Of a DNA stretch of 64,000 nucleotides, positions 1-12,199 are shown in pieces. Within the stretch, counting starts at the first letter, position 1. Every line of letters begins with the position of its first letter. This stretch comes from Octopus sinensis (taxonomy: Eukaryota). The translations under genes were made by a program, and so were the position numbers. The notes beneath the pieces were generated by a model. It ran no database searches. It was not told the DNA's origin and worked only from the letters and a program-made list of their open reading frames with translations. The stretch is from contig NC_043017.1 of NCBI RefSeq assembly GCF_006345805.1, forward strand, positions 12,586,001 through 12,650,000, in the 5' to 3' direction.

Positions 1-331
1 CACCACCATTATGGTTGTCAGTCTTACCATCATCACCTCCACCACCACTATCATTACCATCATCCTTGTCAGCATCACCTCCACAACCACTATCATCATC
101 ATAATCATCATCATCGTCACCACTTGCCATTTTCATCATCACCATCATTATCATTATTATTGTCATCATCATTGCCACCATTATCATCACATTGCCATCA
201 CCACCACCATTGTGGTTGTCAGTCTTACCATCATCATCATCCTCCTCCTCCTCTCCTCGTCAGCATCACCTCCACCACCACTATCATCATCATTGTCACC
301 ATCATCATCATCACCAACATTACCATCATGA
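1..331. repeat. Compound (CAT/CAC)n trinucleotide microsatellite
   Basis: Degenerate cat/cac/cca runs; ORFs here are His/Ile/Thr/Ser low-complexity artefacts. Confidence 0.9.
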
Positions 332-834
332 ATGTTTTCACTGCTGAAGGAAATGGGAGTGGAACTGTCTGGCACCAAAGTAAACCAAACCCTCATGACC
401 ATATCTTGCAGCATTTTAGTTTAGTCTTTTCCAAAGTTCAAAACCTACTACTCACTCATAGCTACAACTTCCTTTCCCGTCTCGCTGTTCACCATTACAC
501 ACACTTAAGCCATGATTTAGTCTAACACTACCACTGCCTTCCCCACAACTTCTCATCCCAGCAGGTGCCTTTAAAAAAAAAATCTGCAAGCAATGGGATG
601 CAAGGTTTCCAGTATGTGAACAATTCGAACAAATTGCCCCAACAAAAAGACCAGGCAAGATCCTTTTATATTCTGCATGTTCAGCTGGTTCAACGATGAT
701 GAGAGAGTCAAGAGGATGTTTATATCAGATGGTGAGGACACAGACTCCTAAAATAATTAAGTGGAAGTATGATATACGTTTAAAAAGTTATCCTCAATAC
801 CATATGACAGTTATAGTTTACACATCTAAACATT

Positions 835-1045
835 TACTCTTTACTCTTTTACTTGTTTCAGTCATTTGACTGCGGCCATGCTGGAGCACCGCCTTTAGTC
901 GAGCAACTCAACCCCGGGACTTATTCTTTCGTAAGCCCAGTACTTAATCTATCGGTCTCTTTTGCCGAACCGCTAAGTAACGGGGACGTAAACACACCAG
1001 CATCGGTTGTCAAGCAATGCTAGGGGGGACAAACACACTCACACA

Positions 1046-1097
<52 letters not shown>

Positions 1098-1248
1098 TAC
1101 GACGGGCTTCTTTCAGTTTCCGTCTACCAAATCCACTCACAAGGCTTTGGTCTGCCCAAGGCTATAGTAGAAGACACTTGCCCAAGGTGCCACGTAGTGG
1201 GACTGAACCCGGAACCATGTGGCTGGTAAACAAGCTACTTACCACACA
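835..1248 (-). mobile_element. tRNA-headed SINE family A (CORE-SINE-like, possibly octopus OR2-type), near full length
   Basis: Minus strand has A/B-box-like head (tgtggtaagtagc...ccgggttcagtccc), CORE-like ttgggcaagtgtcttct, internal (TA)n and tail gactgaaacaagtaaaagagtaa. More than 12 related copies in the window. Family name is from recall. Confidence 0.8.
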
Positions 1249-1448
1249 AGGGAATCTCAAATGCAGGATAGCTGTTAAAACAGCTTAGAACAATAATTTT
1301 TTTTTTTTTTTTACTTTCTTTCATCCTTTCTTTTCCTTATATATACAAACTTGATCTCTCTAAAATCAAGGTTAAGAGTCCAAAAAATTAAATAACCTTA
1401 TCAGAAACAACTGATTTTGTACCTTTTCCTACATTTAAACTACTTTAA

Positions 1449-1669
1449 CCCTTTCATTACCGTATTTATTTTCAGATGCTGTGTATTTCTCTCAATTACT
1501 TTAAATATAACAAAGTATTTAGTAAAATAACTCAGTTATCATTAAGCTAGTGTTAGGAACATAAATTGTGACTAAGGTTTTGTGGAAGATTCTAATCCAA
1601 AACTTATGAAAACAAGACATTTGTACTACAGAGTCAGAGCCGGTTTCAGCCGGGTTGGTAATGAAAGGG
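1449..1669. mobile_element. piggyBac-type MITE (type 1)
   Basis: TTAA on both sides; TIRs ccctttcattacc / ggtaatgaaaggg. Confidence 0.8.
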
Positions 1670-1777
1670 TTAATCAAACTTGATCTCTCTAAAATCAAGG
1701 TTAAGAGTCCAAAAAATTAAATAACCTTATCAGAAACAACTGATTTTGTACCTTTTCCTACATTTAAACTACTTTAA

Positions 1778-1998
1778 CCCTTTCATTACCGTATTTATTT
1801 TGAGATGCTGTGTATTTCTCTCAATTACTTTAAATATAACAAAGTATTTAGTAAAATAACTTAGTTATCATTAAGCTAGTGTTAGGAACATAAATTGTGA
1901 CTAAGGTTTGGTGGAAGATTCTAATTCAAAACTTATGAAAACAAGACATTTGTACTAAAGAGCCAGAGCCGGTTTTAGCCGGGTTGGTAACGAAAGGG
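1778..1998. mobile_element. piggyBac-type MITE (type 1), tandem duplicate
   Basis: TTAA flanks; TIRs ccctttcattacc / ggtaacgaaaggg; nearly identical to 1449-1669. Confidence 0.8.
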
Positions 1999-2549
1999 TT
2001 AATCTACAAGTTGCTACTTCAGTATTTTATCCATTCAACCACTTCATTCTCTGGAATAACAGAAGAATTTGGATCAGGCATGGTTTTGTAGTTAAGAAGC
2101 TTGCTTTTCAACTATGTGGCAACCTAGGCAAATGTCTTCCAAAATAGACCTCGGGCAGACAAATGTCTTGTGAGTGAATCTGAGGGACAGAAACTGTGTT
2201 CAGTGGAATATATTATACATACAAAAGGATTCTTTTCAATCTCCATCTAACAAATTCACATACAAGGTTATTGGTTAACCTGAGGCTATAGCAGAAGACA
2301 CTTGCCTAAGTTTCCACGCAGTGGGACCGGACCCCAAACCAAATGATTGCAAAATGAGCCAAACCTCATATATTGCAAAATGAATAAAGTCCCCATAACT
2401 TAGCGGATCAACAAAAGGCTCTGATGGAATAAGTACCAGGCTTAAAAAAAGGAAGTAGAGGGGTGGGTTGATTCATTCGACTAAAATTCTTCGAGGTGGT
2501 GCCCCAGCATGGCCACAGTCTAATGATTGACACAAGTATAGGATAAAAG

Positions 2550-2787
2550 AAGGCGGCGAGCTGGCAGAATCGTTAGCACATCGGGCGAAATGCCGAGCAG
2601 TATTTCGTCTGCCATTACGTTGTGAGTTCAATTTCCGTCGAGGTCAACTTTGCTTTTCATCCTTTCGGGGTCGATAAATTAAGTACCAGTTACGCACGGG
2701 GGTCGATATAATCGACTTAATCCGTCTGTCTGTCCTTGTTTGTCCCCTCTGTGTTTAGCCCCTTGTGGGTAATAAAGAAATAGGTAT
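2550..2787 (+). mobile_element. tRNA-headed SINE family C (Meta-domain-like)
   Basis: ggcgagctggcagaa A-box, gagttcaattt B-box, central tttcatcctttcggggtcgataaattaagtacc block, tail aaagaaataggtat; many copies in the window. Confidence 0.75.
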
Positions 2788-2904
2788 AGGAAAAAAGATA
2801 AATGGGATGGTCACAGATGGAATGCCTTCTACCATAGGTTTGCTAAAATCAACCCCTCCCGTCCCATCTACCCCTACTAAACAATAAGAACAGCAACAAC
2901 AACG

Positions 2905-3071
2905 CTCAATAATTTGAAATGCCACAAACAATATTATTTATATGGAAGTAAGAGGGGGGGGAGAAGTAGTAGGGAGGGAGAGGAGACGGTAGAGTGGGGT
3001 GGGGTATTTGGTAATGTAGCTGAAGTGTTGTGTGAATGTGGGTGTCTGTATGTGTGCGTATGTGTGTACAT

Positions 3072-3103
<32 letters not shown>

Positions 3104-3227
3104 CATATATTATGCATGAATGTATGTGTGTGTGCGTGTTCATGTAACATATGTCTGTGAGTGTGTTTCTATGAAAGTTTGTATCTATGTGTGTGCGTGT
3201 GTATGGATGTATGGATTATGCATGTGC

Positions 3228-3273
<46 letters not shown>

Positions 3274-3336
3274 GCATGTGTGTGTGTATATATATATATA
3301 CATGAATGTGTGTATGGATGTATGCGTGTGTATGGA

Positions 3337-3378
<42 letters not shown>

Positions 3379-3666
3379 TGTATGTGTATGGACATGTATA
3401 TATGTGTGCGTATGTATATATATATACATATATTATGCATGAATGTATGTATATGTGTGTGTATAGTATGCATACATCTGTGGATGTATGCCTTTGTCTT
3501 AAGATACTTTGGCAGCATCAATTATCGACAAATAATGGCCCACATTTCACTAATAAACCCAGCAGAGCGACAATAGACTAATCTAGAAAATGTCAACAGT
3601 TTTTAACAACAAAACATATATTTCTGTGTATGTATGTGTGTGTGTGAGAGAGGGGGGAGGGGTGGA

Positions 3667-3714
<48 letters not shown>

Positions 3715-3780
3715 TGTGTGTGCAGTGCACATGAGCGAAAGTGTGCGTGAGCTTGTGTAAAAGTGTGTACCTGTGAGTAA
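2905..3780. repeat. Compound (TA)n/(TG)n microsatellite field
   Basis: Direct inspection. Confidence 0.9.
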
Positions 3781-4044
3781 ATGGTAGTGAGTGTGCATAT
3801 TTGTGTGTGTGTGTGTTCTTTCAATATAGAAGAACCAATTGAAATGGCAAACTCTAAGAGAGAGAGAGAAAGAAAGAAAGAAATTGAGTGTGGCCAACAA
3901 AACAAGAGAAAACCAGAAAAAAAAAAAAAAAAACGAACAGAAAAAATGGGAAAAAACCAAGAAAATCAGACAATCTCCTTCTTCTTCTGTCACGTTTCTC
4001 CATGAAGACTTATTAGGCAGGAAGAACTAAATATCAACAAGGCT

Positions 4045-5070
4045 AATAATGATGATGGTGATGATGATGATGATGATGGTGGTGATAATGGTGGTGATGA
4101 TGATGATGGTGAACAAGAGAAATACTGAAGAGTGAAGGAATATAAGTAAGTAGGAAGGAAGATGAAGGACAGTGAGGAGGAGGGGGGAGAGAGGGAGAGA
4201 GAGGGGGTGGTGGGATAAAATGATCAATGAGTATGAAAAGTACCTGAGTCGATAAGTGCAGGGGCGGGGCGGGGTAGATTCCAGCTGATCAATTGGTTGG
4301 TTAGAGAGGGCGAGAGACAGAGAGGGGGGGTAAGGAGAGAGATAGGAAGAGATTGAAGAGACTGCGAAAGGGAGAAGAGAGAGAGAGAGACGCACGAAGA
4401 GGAGACTGGAAGAAAGAGAGAGAGGGTAAGAGAGACAAATACAGACAGACAGACAGACAGGTAGATAGACAGTTGGAGAGAGAAATCGGGAAAGAGAAAA
4501 ACAGAGACATAGAGAGAGAGAGAGAGAAAATTACAGATTATAACTGATCAATAAGTTTGATATGAGGTGAAAGTGAGACACTGACAATGAGAGACAGAGA
4601 GAGAGAGAGAGAGGGAGGGAGGGAGGGAGGGAGGAAAAAAGAGAGAGACAAAGTGACAGAGAGGAGATAGATTCTTACTGGTCGGTTGAGTTGTTAGAAG
4701 ATGAGAAAGAGGAGGGAGGGAGAGAGTGAGAGACAGTGAGGTGAAGAGGAGAGAGAAAAACATCAGAAGACTGGGAGAAAAGAAAGACAGAAAAGACAGA
4801 GATAGTGTGTAATAAATGGGGGGAGGTGGAATCTTGTGGAGCAATAATAGGGAAATAATAAGAAGTTAGATGAAACGAGAAAAGAGAGAGAGAGAGGGGG
4901 GAGTCTAGAGAAGGGGAGGAGATATAAAAAAAAGGTGAAACAAATAGGGAAAGACAGAGAGAGGGAGACAGACAGACAGAGACAGAAAGAAAGAAAGAAA
5001 GAAATACTCAAGAAGATATCGGAAAATGTTTGGAGTGCATACGTGAGTGTGTGTGTGTGTGTGTGTGTGT
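4045..5070. repeat. (GAT)n, then purine-rich (GA/GACA)n, then (TG)n tract
   Basis: Strongly strand-asymmetric polypurine sequence. Confidence 0.85.
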
Positions 5071-5494
5071 GAATTCCTCTCAAAGAAATGGTAAAGCTAA
5101 TGAAAATAAATGGCAAATACAAAAGAGAAACAAGAAACAAACCAAAAAAAATGGAAAGTAGTAAAGTAGCCAGAACAGAAACTAAGAGAGATTCAGAGAT
5201 ACTTTACAGATTAACAAGATGTATAATAATAATCCAGCTAAAAGTTGGCCGTCGTCAATATATATATAAAGAGAGAGAGCGGTGAGCTAGCAGCTAGCGG
5301 TTAGCAATGCTGGGCAAAATACATAGCACCATTTCGTCCATCTTTACGTCCTGAGTTCAAATTCCGCTGAGGAAGACTTTGCCTTTCATCCTTTTGGAGT
5401 CGATAAACTAGGTTCCAATTGAGCACTAGAGTCGATGTAATTGACTTACCCCCTCCCCGAAATTGTTAGTCTTGCACCAGACTTTGAAACCATG

Positions 5495-5660
5495 TGAATC
5501 GTTGGCGATTTTCTTCCTCCGTCTTCTCTTCTATTGGACTTTCTTCTGTTTTCGAAGAAGAGCGTCTGCTCAAAACATTAAACCATCTTTTTTCCCTTTC
5601 CTGAGCATCTGCTAATACATTACATGTACCACGTCCTCAGGCTGTTTTTTTTCTGTATTT
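5495..5660 (+). mobile_element. Penelope-like pLTR fragment with decayed hammerhead-like motif
   Basis: gttttcgaagaagagc-gtct-gctcaaaacattaaac has the same architecture as 57167-57202 but with core mutations. Confidence 0.45.
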
Positions 5661-5675
5661 GTTTTTTTTGAGATT

Positions 5676-5714
<39 letters not shown>

Positions 5715-6040
5715 CATACACACAACCACACATACACACAAACACATCTGTATGTGTGTGTGTGTGCGTACAAAGACAAGTGGGTAAACAAATGAAAAAA
5801 TACCTAACATAATTGGTTGTTTCCGAACATGACAAGGTGGACATGTCCTACACCAGGCTGGCCAACTTGAATTACATAGTGAGCCGCAAGATAAACGTCT
5901 GCGGGCTGCAAGATAAATGTCTGCAGGTCATATGCAACCTACAGGCCTCAGATTGTAAAGTAAAGTAAAGTGAAGTGAAGTTGAGTCATACAGTTATCAT
6001 ATATATCCTCATCATGGAACATGGAGATTAAATAGCGACC

Positions 6041-6094
<54 letters not shown>

Positions 6095-6405
6095 GCATGA
6101 CCAAGTGATTAAGAATTTCACTTTGCAATCATACAATCTCAAGTTCAAGCCCCAGTGCACAGTATCTTGGGCTAACATTTTTTCCCCTGGCCTCAGACAA
6201 ATTAAACATTTGCTAGCATCAGTCACAAATAACTAAATCATTCCTTCACAACTTTATAAGAAGGATTGTTCTTATATAAAAGAACAGCAAACAGTATATA
6301 AACAAACCAGCACTGAAAGCCGTATAGAACAAAATACATGTTTGTACGATACAATCACATTTAACTTGCTTGTGTACACTCGATATTTATTCACTCACAA
6401 ATTAC

Positions 6406-6423
6406 CTGGGGTTGCAGATGACA
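6406..6423 (-). other. Candidate 18-nt microexon
   Basis: Minus strand: atcatatttcag|TGTCATCTGCAACCCCAG|gtaatt. Frame-preserving and stop-free in all frames; paralogous block at 8893-8910. Confidence 0.3.
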
Positions 6424-6520
6424 CTGAAATATGATAGGAACATATCCAAAATTATCCCCCTTGCTTACAAGAAAATTTATGACACTGCATATTTAATTCC
6501 AGTTGTCTCTGTACGTGGTG

Positions 6521-7008
6521 AAGCAGTGGTAAGAACCTTGCTTCCCAACCACGTGGTTCTGGGTTCAGTCCCAGAGCGTTGACACTTTGGGCAAGTGTCT
6601 TCTACTATAACCTCGGGTCGACCAAATCCTTAATAGGCACAGGAGTGGCTGTGTGGTAAGTAGCTTGTTTACCAACCACATGGTTCCGGGCTCAGTCCCA
6701 CTATGTGGCACATTGGGCAAGTGTCTTCTACTATAGCCTCAGGCCGACCAAAGCCTTGTGAGTGGATTTGGAAGATGGAAACTGAAATATATATATGTGT
6801 GTGTTTGTGTGTCTGTGTTTGTCTCCCTAGCATTGCTTGACAACCGATGCTGGTGTGTTTATGTCCCCGTTACTTAGCGGTTCGGCAAAAGAGACCGATA
6901 GAATAAGTACTGGGCTTACAAAAGAATAAGTCCCAGGGTCGAGTTGTTCGATTAAAGGCAGTGCTCCAGCATGGCCGCAGTCAAATGACTGAAACAAGTA
7001 AAAGAGTA
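6521..7008 (+). mobile_element. SINE A (extra head fragment plus full copy from ~6636)
   Basis: Two successive heads, then body and tail matching the other A copies. Confidence 0.8.
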
Positions 7009-7909
7009 ATTATAACCTCTATTTTTCTAAAACCGAAATTAAATTTTATAAAGTAGTATCTATTGATTCTGTTTTATATTTTCAAAGTTCTTAGCATTTA
7101 ATATAGCTGACACCCACTGGTTAATTATCGTTAATTATGGTTAATCATGGTTAATAATGCAGATGACATTTCAGAATTATTTAATTTCTAAACAATTTTA
7201 TTTTCCTACGCCACACATTTTTGTACATCGACTTTACAATTCGTTGACTACCAGCTCAGCAAATAGCAGAAGCATGGACACCTAACCTACTAGAATTAGC
7301 AGCCAGAACTCCCTCAGATCACACCCTACTGTCTTAACTAAAGAAAGGGCACACTAGATTATGTTTTCCAGCAAACCCTACCCATAAAAAGTCAAAACAC
7401 TCTAAGCTTGTGGCTATCCACATGAAACGGGGAGGATGGAGGGAGGAGGGGCAGAAACTGAAACTATGCATTCTTCTGTGTGAGAAACCAAGTTTGGCCT
7501 CATTTTAGAAAAAAAACTTCCAGTCAAAAGACTTCCTGATTGCATTATGTGTTTCCATTTTATTTATTTTTTCTTTTTGTGTTTCATTAAATAAATTTCA
7601 CTAGATTTTCTCCTCCTCCTCCTCCTCCTCCTATTGTTGAGTTTAATGGCAGTTAATACTTCTTCAAGTGGTGAGTTAGACTTCAGGGATATCATATATT
7701 AAATATTCTCTTATTATTTATTTATTTATTAATGATTTAATTAAGAAACCAATGCTGAGGAATCGATATATTGGAAATGTATAGGAAAACACTTACATAC
7801 AATCATTTTAACTGTGTTCAACCTATTTTGCCAGGTGGAAGTGACATGACAACAGGTAAAAATCAACAACAAAAAATAAAGTAGAAATTTACAATATACA
7901 CCAATGACG

Positions 7910-8073
7910 TGGAGGCGCAATGGCCCAGTGGTTAGGGCAGCGGACTCGCGGTCGTAGGATCGCAGTTTCGATTCCCAGACAGTGCGTTGTGTGTGTTTAT
8001 TGAGCGAAAACACCTAAAAGTTCCACGGGGCTCCGGCAGAGGGTGGTGATCCCTGCTGTACTCCTTCACCACT
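7910..8073 (+). mobile_element. tRNA-headed SINE family B, head only
   Basis: tggaggcgcaatggcccagtggttagggcagcggactcgcgg...tttcgattccc; cut off by a SINE A copy. Confidence 0.75.
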
Positions 8074-8076
8074 ATA

Positions 8077-8482
8077 GGCGCAGGGGTGGCTGTGTGGTAA
8101 GTAGCTTGCTAACTAACCACATGGTTCCGGGTTCAGTCCCACTGCGTGGCATCTTGGGCAAGTGTCTTCTGCTATAGCCCCGGGCCGACCAATGCCTTGT
8201 GAGTGGATTTGGTAGACGGAAACTGAAAGAAGCCTGTCCTATATATGAATATGTATATATGTGTGTGTTTGTGTGTCTGTGTTTGTTCCCCTAGCATTGC
8301 TTGACAACCGATGCTGGTGTGTTTACGTCCCCATCACTTAGCGGTTCGGCAAAAAGAGACCGATAGAATAAGTACTGGGCTTACAAAAAGAATAAGTCCC
8401 GGGGTCGAGTTGCTCGACTAAAGGCGGTGCTCCAGCATGGCCGCAGTCAAATGACTGAAACAAGTAAAAGAGTAAAGAGAGA
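8077..8482 (+). mobile_element. SINE A, full length
   Basis: ggcgcaggggtggctgtgtggtaag through gaaacaagtaaaagagtaaagag. Confidence 0.85.
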
Positions 8483-8546
8483 CTATAATATAATATCAAT
8501 ATATTTAATCTAAATTCTTGCAACAACTATGCTTTTATAGCTTTAA

Positions 8547-8767
8547 CCCTTTTGTTAAGCAACTCGGCTGAAACTGGCTCTGGCTCTGAGTACAAGTGTC
8601 TTGTTTTCATAAGTTCTGAATAAAAATCTTCCACCAAACCTTAGTCGCAATTTATGTTCCTAACACTAGCTGAATGATGACTAAGTTATTTTACTAAATT
8701 CTTTGTTATATTTAATGTAATTGAAAGAAACACAGAGCATCTCAAAATAAATACAGTAACGAAAGGG
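8547..8767. mobile_element. piggyBac-type MITE (type 1), opposite orientation to 1449
   Basis: TTAA flanks, cccttttgtta / gtaacgaaaggg TIRs, internal sequence is the reverse complement of 1449-1669. Confidence 0.75.
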
Positions 8768-9326
8768 TTAATATTGAACTAACTGCACTTACACCAAATT
8801 TTCTGGATTCTAACAAAATTGGGAGATTTATATTGAAAAAGCACTATAAAACTTTAAAAAGTTAAACATAAGCTTGCCCAGTTACTGTTTACCTGGAGTT
8901 GCAGATGACATCAAAATATGGTAGGGCTATACCCTATGCTTATAAAAAAATAATTATAAATGATATTGCATATTTAATGCTAGTTCTCTCTGTACATGGC
9001 AGAATAAGAGAAAAAAAATTGCGTAAGTCATCAACTCTATAATATATATCAAGTATATGTATATGTGTTCATTCAGTTGAAATGTGTTTTTTTTTTCCAT
9101 GTTGACATGAGTTTGGATGGCGAGTGGCTTGAGGCATTATTTCATAAACATTCTTCCTGTTGATAACCCTTACATGTTTTTCAAATAAAGGATTTCTTCA
9201 TCAAAAAAGGTCTTAGAAAGCATGTAACAAGTGATCATAATGTTAATAAGGAAAGGCGACAACTCAACTGAAGCTGTGACTAGAATAGAATATAAGCAAT
9301 CATGCACACAAACAAACATACATATA

Positions 9327-9688
9327 GGCGCAGGAGTGGCTGTGTGGTAAGTAGCTTGCTAACCAACCACATGGTTCCGGGTTCAGTCCCACTGCGTGGC
9401 ATCTTGGGCAAGTGTCTTCTGCTATAGCCTCGGGCCGACCAATGCCTTGTGAGTGGATTTGGTAGACGGAAACTGAAAGAAGCCTGTCATATATATGTAT
9501 ATATATATATATATGTGTATGTGTGTGTATGACAACCGATGCTGGTGTGTTTAAGTCCCTGTCACTTAGTGGTTCGGCAAAAGAGACCGAAAGAATAAGT
9601 CCCGGGGTAGATTTGCTCGACTAAAGGCGGTGCTCCAGCATGGCCGCAGTCAAATGACTGAAACAAGTAAAAGAATAAAAGAATAAAA
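9327..9688 (+). mobile_element. SINE A with internal deletions
   Basis: Same head and tail as 8077-8482. Confidence 0.8.
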
Positions 9689-9770
9689 ATACATACACAC
9701 ATGCATGTGCAAGACAAGCTTCCTACAGTTACCAAATTCCCTCACATGGAATTGGTCAGTCTTGAGCTAT

Positions 9771-10107
9771 TGTTGTTGTTGGCATCCTTTTGTCTCGGGA
9801 GACAATGGAGTTTTTACATTTCATGTCCTCTCCAGTTTTGCGCGGGACTGGGCTAGATGTAAGAAAATCCTGGGTAGCCCAATCGTCAGGATTCCTTTCT
9901 CAACCTTGCTGACATAGCCCAAAGCTTTAGTTGCAGGAGCTGCCAGAAGAGTGTTGAGTCAAACACTGAACCGCCTCCGGGGCTCCACTCCGGATTTCTT
10001 TGAAGGTTGTCTCCTTTTCGTAACCCTGGGTAGGGGCCCATACCGGGTACTGTCAGCCGGAGCCAGCTGAGCCCAGATTTCGAGTCAGGCAGGGTCATCA
10101 CTCCCTG
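9771..10107 (-). mobile_element. Short GC-rich non-autonomous retroposon (RTE-like UTR-derived) with (CAA)n tail
   Basis: Minus strand ends cgagacaaaaggatgcc-aacaacaacaa; sits inside a decayed SINE A (gagctat|...|aagtaatttcaccaagatgcca). RTE affinity is from recall. Confidence 0.5.
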
Positions 10108-10822
10108 AAGTAATTTCACCAAGATGCCAAACAACTCCACAAAATCTCTCCAAGAATCTTTACCAAAATTTGTATAAATATTCACAATCATCCCAGAAGG
10201 AAAAAAATAAAATAAAATAACAGCAGTGAAAATCTGTCTAGAGCAATATCTGCATATTTCTTAATGCATGTGCTTGATCGCTCACACTCACACACACACA
10301 CACAATGTTGAGTTCGACAATCTATCACCATGACAACAACAACAGTTGACAGATGTCATTGCAATACATATAAACAATCTTTCGGCTTTTAAGTTTTCAA
10401 CGAATGCTTCATTATAAATAAGATTTCATCTTTTTAACACTAAGAACCAAATCTAACAAATAGAAATTTGCTTGGAGCTAAGTGATTTAATGAAAAAAAA
10501 AACATATATATATACATATATAAACTAAAAATTGTTTTTCCATCATTTGCAAAGTGGGCAATGTTATACATATATACATACATCCAGATATAGATATCAA
10601 CACTAGTTTAGTGCCCCCTCCTCTCCAACAAACAATAATTCCTCATAAATTTCTCAATAATGCATATTTTTTTGCTTTTTTCTTTTTCGTGAGATTTTCT
10701 TAGATATATATTTTCAAAGATGTAAATTATGGTTATTTTACAAGCGTAAAAAAAAAAGAAAGAAAAATGAAAATCAACTGAGATATATAAATTGTTGAGT
10801 TACAAAGATATACAGAGTTTAC

Positions 10823-10874
10823 CTTAAACCGGGAGTACCAAAATACTCATCACCCAGGAAAAAATGATACTCAC
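10823..10874 (-). other. Candidate 52-nt exon whose 5' end is also a donor consensus (possible recursive splice site)
   Basis: tttttctctctttcag|GTGAGTATC...TTTAAG|gtaaac. One open frame, EYHFFLGDEYFGTPGL (phase 1 in, phase 2 out). Confidence 0.45.
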
Positions 10875-11804
10875 CTGAAAGAGAGAAAAACCATATTTAG
10901 TCATTTAAAACATAATATATATATATACACACACAAATACATATACAAACACACATTTATTATATACCGTTTTAATTTGCTTATGTAAATTTTAAATTTA
11001 TTATTGGTATTGTTTTTTTTTAGAGGGGTTGTTTTTAGGTTTTTTTTTTGTATTTTGCTCTTATTTATAATTTTTGTAATGCTGTGCTTTGGAAACAAAC
11101 AGTCTATTAGAAATAGCAGCCAAATCAATCTCGTTCTCTGACTCTCATAAAAATGACAAAATTAGATAATGTATAGACAAACTACATTTGTGAAGAGGTG
11201 ATGGTTATGGCTAGAAGACCTTTGATGAGTCTTCAGGATCAGGGCAAACCTAGGGCTAAATAGCAACAAACAAACAAACAAACAAATTATGGAGTGGCAT
11301 GCAAAAAGATGGCATCAAAGACAGGCTAATTAAAGAATGCTAAAGACTTATCCCTCAAAATTCTTGAAGACAAAAATAAAACCATTAAATCTGAAACACA
11401 CTTTTAATATGTCATTGTTTCATGCCAGGTCAGCTTTGATTGTGTAAACTTATGATCAAAGACATTCCAGTTTTCCCACCACCTCAACCAGAATAATATT
11501 AATGGTAAGTAGGCTTAACTCTGTCACACAGCTTATCACTCAACTCCCCACAACTGGCCCTTTGGGCTTTTAGTAGGGTCCATGTTGCTAGGTCAGATCT
11601 CAGATCTGAGGATGAAGACATACTCTCTTCCTACTACCAATATCAAAGGTTCCTATAAAGAAAAAGGAAAAGAGACCTAGCAGGCATTGCCATTCCTCTA
11701 CAGACAAAGCCCTAAAAAAAAAAGAATTTCTTATTATTTTAACCCCTTCCTACACCAACCAACATCAAACTGACTCTGGTCCTTCCAGTTTTAAAGTGAC
11801 CTAA

Positions 11805-12170
11805 ATCAGTTGTTAGTTGTCGGAGCACTGCATCCTTCAAAACTTCCATGCTTTCTGAGATTCGCCAACACTACACCTGATTGACTTTCAGAAACATTTT
11901 TTCACGCTAAGGGTTGCTGAAGCATGGAACAAACTGCCGGCATCAGTTGTTAGTTGTCAGAGCACTGCATCCTTCAAAACTTCCATGCTTTCTGAGATTC
12001 GCCAACACTACACCTGATTTTCTCCCCTCCATACACACGCAAGCATGTATCTGACTCATACACTGTTCGCTTTCCAGACACTTGTACATTAGTGCATATA
12101 CTTTATACGCACTTTCTGACAAGTTGTGGTGCACCTGAGCACTGTATACAATAATTTCATTATCATTATT
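11805..12170 (+). mobile_element. CR1-clade LINE 3' end with partial internal duplication
   Basis: Encodes KHFFTLRVAEAWNKLPASVVSCQSTASFKTSMLSEIRQHYT-stop, then 3'UTR; 11805-11880 repeats 11940-12015. Confidence 0.8.
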
Positions 12171-12199
12171 AAAACAATTGTTCCATCAAAATTTGATGT

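Noticed and set aside
685-731. Plus-strand 47-nt exon candidate (ttcag|...ATG|gtgagg)
   Set aside because: Isolated, no recognisable peptide, no partner exons; such signals occur by chance.
4244-4300. GC boxes (ggggcggggcgggg) or a 41-nt minus exon
   Set aside because: Embedded in a G/A-rich low-complexity tract that generates such motifs.
7750-7795. CUGAGGA...GAAA hammerhead-like spacing
   Set aside because: Stems I and II do not pair properly.
10040-10107. HDV-like ribozyme at the 5' end of the RTE-like element
   Set aside because: Could not find P1/P3/L3 and J4/2 in the right order by eye; a descriptor search would be needed.
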